The notes under the pieces are model-generated. The model saw only the letters and a list, made by a program, of their open reading frames with translations. It searched no databases and was not told the DNA's origin. Below are positions 57,476-64,000 of a stretch of DNA of 64,000 nt, in pieces. The stretch comes from Trichoplax adhaerens (lineage: Eukaryota; Animalia; Placozoa), in contig NW_002060949.1 of NCBI RefSeq assembly GCF_000150275.1, positions 1,547,836 to 1,611,835 on the forward strand, in the 5' to 3' direction. Each line of letters opens with the position of its first letter. Position 1 is the stretch's first letter. Made by a program: the position numbers and the translations under genes.

Positions 57476-59869
57476 AAATCAAATACGATGTTATCTTCCG
57501 CAGTATTGGTTGGTTATTTTCTTCTGACGTATAATAACCTTGTGAAATTAAGAGTTGCTTCGATAAATCAGTAAACACAAAGTGATTTATCGTTCTCTTT
57601 ACCGTGAGCGTTTGTTCTACTATTAATAATCAAATCATTAATGTTCTTTCATTAAAAAGCTGAGAGAAAACGATGCTATAGCGTTTGAAGAAAAAAGTAC
57701 TGAATTCTATTGTTTTTAAAGAGTAAATTATATGACAATTAACAGTTTGATTCCAATACAACGTTATAAATCTATTCCTATTGAAAATTATTTTAAATAA
57801 AACTGAACTTACCACTATATATCTGCGTTCATTACGTACTCTATACATAACTGCCAAAGAAATACTTTCTGAGAAGTTAAAATGAGGGTGATATAATTAA
57901 TTCACAAATTGGGAATGGGCTAAATTATTTCTATAGCTAACGTATCGTTAATTTAGCATACTAATTAATTCATTGGTTCTTTATAGGATATTTACCTTTT
58001 TGATTTGGTAGCTTTTAAACTGAGTTTGCGTCCAATTACGATATGGTTATCGTTACGATTAATTTTATATGATACGTGGTAGACAGTTTATTTTGAAATT
58101 TAGAACGTATGCGTCCCGAATTACGGTAACCATCCACTTCAGATTTTTAGATAGCGCCCAAGTTCTTATTAACGATTAGCCATTCAATTAAATTCTTTCC
58201 ATACGGTATGGTAGTTAATTACGATTATCGTATTTTCTTCAAGGGCTATAAATATTCGTTCCTAATGATTTTATCCGTAAAATTTAAATTTATTAATTGA
58301 ATTCTCTCGTCAGTTATATTTAGAATTTGTTTCGTAATATTCATCGTCCTTCTGTCACCTATTGAGCAGTTCCTGCTTGCAGATAGGACATTCTTAACTG
58401 AAGTTTACCTGTGCAATGAGCAGTATATAATTTGTGATAGAGTGGCCAACTCGACTAATATATTCTTCACTCAGCGTATAGCTTGGATCAGAAAGCTTCC
58501 GCGTTGAGATTCGCTATCGAATACTAACGTAGACATTAGCAACATTAGGATTAGTATTGCAATCCATGCGACAATAGAAAGCTTACAGTTATCGCATCGT
58601 CTTCAGAAAGTTATTTACAACCATGTTTAATAATACCGGTCTTTACTATCCCATGGTAACCTGGTGTATAGCGTGCACATAATTATCCTCGCATACCACT
58701 GCTTGATATAGCAATTACGATAGGATAATAATTATAATTGGTAACAAAACGAGATGACAGATAGAATGATTTAAAAAAATTGGACAATTAACAAAGGCTG
58801 GCGTTAGTCGTAATTAGATATATTGTGCTGTAGATTGTAGGCAAGTCTAGATACTGATAGGACTCTTGTGCTCTTCAGTCTCTAGTGTCTCTTTGCGAAG
58901 CAGATTGCATGCAAATACGGTCTGCAGAAGAGGAAAGAGAACTAACAACAATAAAAACAAAAACAACTACCCTAGCGATAGCCCTCGCAAAATTAATACA
59001 AGTAGACAGTTCTCACATAATATCGTGATTTACATCAAAATTATTTTATTGCGCATGTATACGAGCTTATTGAAAATTTGAATTGTTTACTACACTCGCA
59101 GTCAAGTCTTATACACTTTGAAGAACTCACTATAATTGATTGGAAATAAAATAGTAAATACCAGGGACTATATTAGGAAGGAGGAAAATATTAATCGAGC
59201 AATCCTTGTAAATTCCCCCATTCTATAATCACGCAATAGAACGATCTGATGGATAAAATGTTGTACCATGATTCTGCATTAAGATGAGTAAAGCTCTTCT
59301 ATTCTATATACTAGGTATTGTTTATTTGTTTTACAGGACACATTGAAAAATGGCCATATCTTCATTGATACCATTTTCGTCTTTTTATTCTCTTTGATAG
59401 ATCAAGAATAATCAAAGATATTGTCTTGTATTAAGCTATAGAATGTTTTTAAATGCAAAATAGTTTGTGTATTAGAGATTTGAATTGTAAGGTATTGGAG
59501 AGAATAAAGCAACTTACGGTTAGACAAGTGAACTGAAACAGTTTATTATTCCGCTGTGTGTACAATGCTACAGCATATCACAGGTGCATCATGTATAAAT
59601 ATCATAGGTCAAAAAGCAAATTATAAACAACACTTAATGCTTATATCCGACTACCGCATACCTTTGAAGCTGTTATTTAAACATCTGACTTAGCTACTAC
59701 CTGAATATCGTGAAATAAAATGTGCAAGTACTTGCAGTACACGAAGTATAACGAGCGTGGGTTCTACTATTTATTTTTTATTTTGAGGCAAGATGGTGTT
59801 CCAAGGTCCGTCAGTCGCCTACAGCGGCCAATAGGACTGATAGAGACTTAAGTCAGCTGATTTTTAATC

Positions 59870-60025
59870 AATAATGACGCGATATTTTTAGCTGTCAGCA
59901 TCTTTGACTTATTATGCAGACTGCCATCAGTCTCTTTTCCACACAAGTGATCCTTGTGGAAAGTTTTGTCAGCCTATTTTCTAATAATGATGTGACATAT
60001 TAGCTGTCAGTCCCTTTGACTTATT
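59870..60025. repeat. Short degenerate direct repeat, about 115-bp period
   Basis: ATAATGA...TTAGCTGTCAG..CTTTGACTTATT near 59871 and 59984. Confidence 0.65.
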
Positions 60026-60236
60026 TTATTGCGAAGTAGAAAATAACTTGAGTACTAAGGTAGTGTATTACCCAAATCGAGAATTAAGAGTCAAACTACG
60101 TATAAAAATACATAATCTAATATAGCCTAACGTATAATTACAACTAATGAGTCAGCGATCACTCGTGCCGAAAAGAGAGACAGAGACAGATGACCTACAA
60201 AAGCCAAGTTAGGTATTTTTCAGGTTTCATTTGGCA

Positions 60237-61205
60237 TAATACTTTATATAATATAGTCGGTTAATAGAGTAAAATCCAATCTACGGTATAACAAATGAAT
60301 TCCGATAGAACGACCAAGGAGTAATAAAAGAACTACCGTCTAGAATACCTTATTGTTATTGAAACAAAATTGAAAAAAAAATTAAAAATTGATACATAGC
60401 AATGGCCGTATATACGCGCTGTGTATTCTACCTCACACGTGTATCATAGCTAAGTCCAATACTGTGTCCTTACTTCTCAGTAATACTTTGTATAATTAAT
60501 GTAGACGCTTAATAATAGAATAAAATATAACTTACAGTACAATAAATGAATTTCTATAGGATGGCCAGGAAAAATAAGAGAACTGCTATCTAAAATATCT
60601 TATTGTTGTTAAAACAAAATCGGCCATCAAATTGCTAGATAATGCATAGCAGCGGCTGTCCATAGTGTATTCTATCTCGCATGTGTATTATACCGGAGTC
60701 CAATACTGTGCCCTCAGTTCTCAGTAATACTTTATGTAATTAATTGATATAGACGGTTAATAGAAGAAAATATAAGTTACAATACAGTAAATGAATTTGG
60801 ATAGGATAATCAAGGAGTAATTAAAAGAACTGCTATCTAAAATATCTCAATATTGTTAAAATAAAATCGGACATCAAATTGCTAGCTAATGCATAGCAAC
60901 GGCTGTCCATAGTGTTATATAACCGAGTCCAATACTGTGCCCTCAGTTCTCAGTAATACTTTATATAATTAATTGATATAGACGGTTAATAGAAGAATAT
61001 AGTACTTATAGTACAATAAATGAATTTTGGATAGGATAACCAAGGAGTAATTAAAAGAACTGCTATCTAAAATATCTTAATATTGTTAAAAAAAGTCGGA
61101 CAAAAAATTGCAAGCTAATGCATAGCAACAGCTGCACATTGAGTGCACATGGTGTATTCTACCTTGCACGTGTATCATAACCGAGTCATACACTGTTTTC
61201 TGAGT
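60237..61205. repeat. Tandem repeat of about 230-245-bp unit, about 4 copies
   Basis: TAATACTTT.T.TAATTAAT...AGACG.TTAAT...AAATGAATTT...AGAACTGCTATCTAAAATATCT near 60237, 60481, 60726 and 60954. Confidence 0.9.
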
Positions 61206-64000
61206 GCTCCACTCAGAAGCAAAAACACGCACATAACTAAGGCTATATAAGAAAATGAACAGGCAGTGAAAATATCATATCGTTATTCCAATCAAAACAT
61301 GACGCAGGTTATTGCACGACGCAGTCGTTATGCAATAGTAAATCCAGGTACCGGGTCCGGTACCTTTTATCGAGAGATCTGTCACGATACGAAACGTAGC
61401 TGAAATTGGACTGGTGATTTCAGCTAATTACGGTAGCAACATGGAGCAGCAGCACTCAATTTCCAGGTAATGGATTGCGAACCAAGAAGGGATTATTAAG
61501 CCCATTCATTTCAGGAAATTACCGCAAAATTGCAAAACTAGAACCATTTACCTGAGTATTTCTTATTAACAGGTTATTATTTGGATAAGCCGTTAATGAA
61601 AATACGGATAATTGTCATTGTTTGAGAAGTTAATATTACAGGTTGATGAAATTATATAGGGCTGAATTGTTGTAGTTTAAATGTCATTTTCATACATATT
61701 AGTGCGAGACATTATGATACTAATTGTCAAGCTGTTGTTGTAAGTGCATAAAATTAATGAATAAGATTCTATTTCATATTAATTTAGATAAGATTTATCT
61801 TATAGAAATTATACTCGTACATTTTAGATGTAATAGATTACTTGTTTTGCATATATGGGTTATAATTAATTAGTTACAGAGGGTCATGGAACTGGCGTAA
61901 CAGAAACGTTTTTGAAATAAAACATTTTATTTCATTGTAAAAGCGATTTTGGAGTAATGAATTGATTTAGAATGAAACCTGGCCGAAAATAATACCTGAT
62001 GATAACCAGGAAGTCGGTAGCGTAGGTGCCGAGTATGATATACAGTAGATGTAAAAGTCTAGATAAATTTAATTCTTTGGCCAATAATTATCGAGCTTTA
62101 TGGAAAATTTAAAATCAACATATAAGGAAACTGCTGTAAGTTATGCTAGTTGATAAAGTCTACGATTTTTCTGAAAAATACGCCATGCTAACTATATATC
62201 TTGAAATAGAAAATATAAATCCAAATAAAAACATAGATTTTTCGGTATATAGATATATTACTTTCACATCCCTACCTTGTTTATATGCAATGTATGATCT
62301 TGCTGGTCTAATAACTTAACGTTTCTAAAAAAGTTATCATTCTTTTGATTGTAGATTTGAAAAAAGCAAATCATACGCAGTTTCCTATATAAGTTATATG
62401 AAAATAATAAATATGGGTATTGAATGCCTTTAAGTAGCTCTAATGCTGATACAGTTAGTATTCAGCTAAAACATTTCAATTTAGCTGCTGAATTGATATG
62501 AATAAGAGGGTAATTTAGTAAGTAAGGACATTGCAGAAGATAATATCTCATCTGCAACATGATTCGCTATTTCTGTAATTATGATATTCATCTAAGGGCT
62601 CGAGGTAAGTTTTACTCAGCATCGCTCACAAGGTAAACAGTGTCGTGCATTTTCGCTGATTTGATTCTAATAGCAATTTATGAATTGAGGATATATTAAG
62701 GGTTGCTATAAAATCGTAAAATCGCATACGCAAATATATAGCCAAATCGCAACGTTACCAGCATTCTATTTTATTTTCCAGATAGTTTTGTAGCTAATCA
62801 ATTATTTTACTTTGTCAGCATCGATAATTAACATTATTAAAATGGATTAATATTATTAATGCAATAATTACTCATTTACTTATTATTCAATTTTAAAATG
62901 GCAGTCTTATGTACTTATGATGACTCACAAAGTAATAAAAAGAATCATTGTATTAATTACCTATCTTTTCGCTATAGTACTGTACTGCACATCATTTGCA
63001 TATGAATCCTGCAAATAGTTTACCTAAATATTGCAAATATTGAACTTTACCCAGAATATCACTTAGACAAGCGGTTGATTGACTAAAGATATTTCAGATG
63101 ATTCAATTAGTCATTTTTATTGGTATAATTACTATTTATATCAAGAGAGTGCTACGCATGGATGATGTGTAATAAGATTTTAATGCAAGATATAATTGAT
63201 AATAGGAAACGTTATTTAAATTTAGTATTTACAGACCAGTAAAGTTTTAACAGTGATACAATTTCAAAATGTTTATTATAATATTTAAATAAACCTGAGC
63301 TATTCCTACAATCTATTTTATCATCTATGCAGCAGCCTAAATAGTGATATCTAAAAACATGTAATCAGTTTCCGACTACGATAAACACATATTCTGTTTG
63401 TTCTAATAAGTTCATATACACAACGTCATTGACCATAAAATAAAATCTGTAAGTACCTCTAATGACGGTCAGATATCATGCATAGCAGAGATAATATCTT
63501 GGCGACACGACCATAATGAAAAAATTTCGATTTCATTATGAGCGTGAAATATAGGACCAATTACTTCAATATATAATATAATCTATTCTTTAAATGAATT
63601 TGCTATGAAAAGTATTTGACATACGTATGTCTATACTGTAATACTCTATCTTTAAATAAGCAGACGCAAAGGAATACTTAAATTAAATATTAGTAAATGG
63701 AGTGGTAGTAGAATTAATTTAAAATATTTAGTTTTATATCTTAAATAAGGATGAATTTACGTAAAATTCTTTTATGGTACCAATGAATAAGACCTTATCT
63801 TTTTACTTATCTACTCGTACTTAGCAAATCTAAAGTCTGACAGTGTTACTTGGCTCTGGAGAATTAATAACTCTTCCAATATTGGCTGAGCGATAATGAA
63901 GATAGATATTCTGGTCATATCAGTTTATTAATTTGATATATATTTAAGATATTGACGCAGTTAACCATACGTTTTGTCCATTTACGATGCAAAACTATAA

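Noticed and set aside
58850-58967. Minus-strand signal-peptide-like stretch LFLFLLLLVLFPLLQTVFA
   Set aside because: Directly preceded by a stop with no ATG; equally explained as a T-rich tract or splice acceptor.
60237-61205. CRISPR-like array
   Set aside because: Eukaryotic context; long degenerate units without unique spacers; no cas genes.
61347-61426. Small palindromes (AGGTACCGG-GT-CCGGTACCT; TAGCTGAAAT...ATTTCAGCTA)
   Set aside because: Too short to support an ncRNA or element call without further copies.

Overview
AT-rich, intron-dense animal genomic DNA. Short GT-AG introns, abundant TACAGTACTGTA-type simple repeats and the gene set suggest a placozoan such as Trichoplax (inference). 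Genes in order: first coding exon of mind bomb 1 (MIB1, -); a very large kinase-less ROCO gene (+, 7386-30619); RIOK1 (+); PCMTD (-); PEX3 (+); and a small minus-strand gene fragment with an anaphylatoxin-like six-Cys pattern. About 13 kb with no recognisable coding sequence follows, containing a 50-N gap and tandem repeats. The ROCO gene is the standout. By hand I can chain about 54 phase-compatible exons into one ORF of about 2,900 aa: Cys-type LRR - degenerate Roc - COR - Cys-rich - SPRY - SH3 - MBT - Tudor x2 - unassigned region - LRR with an inserted EF-hand - canonical Roc - COR - TIR - TIR - TORNADO1-like C-terminal module - CaaX (CSVM). Both TIRs keep the Glu that is catalytic in TIR NADases. 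Exon coordinates are manual and may be off by a few bases; no database searches were run.
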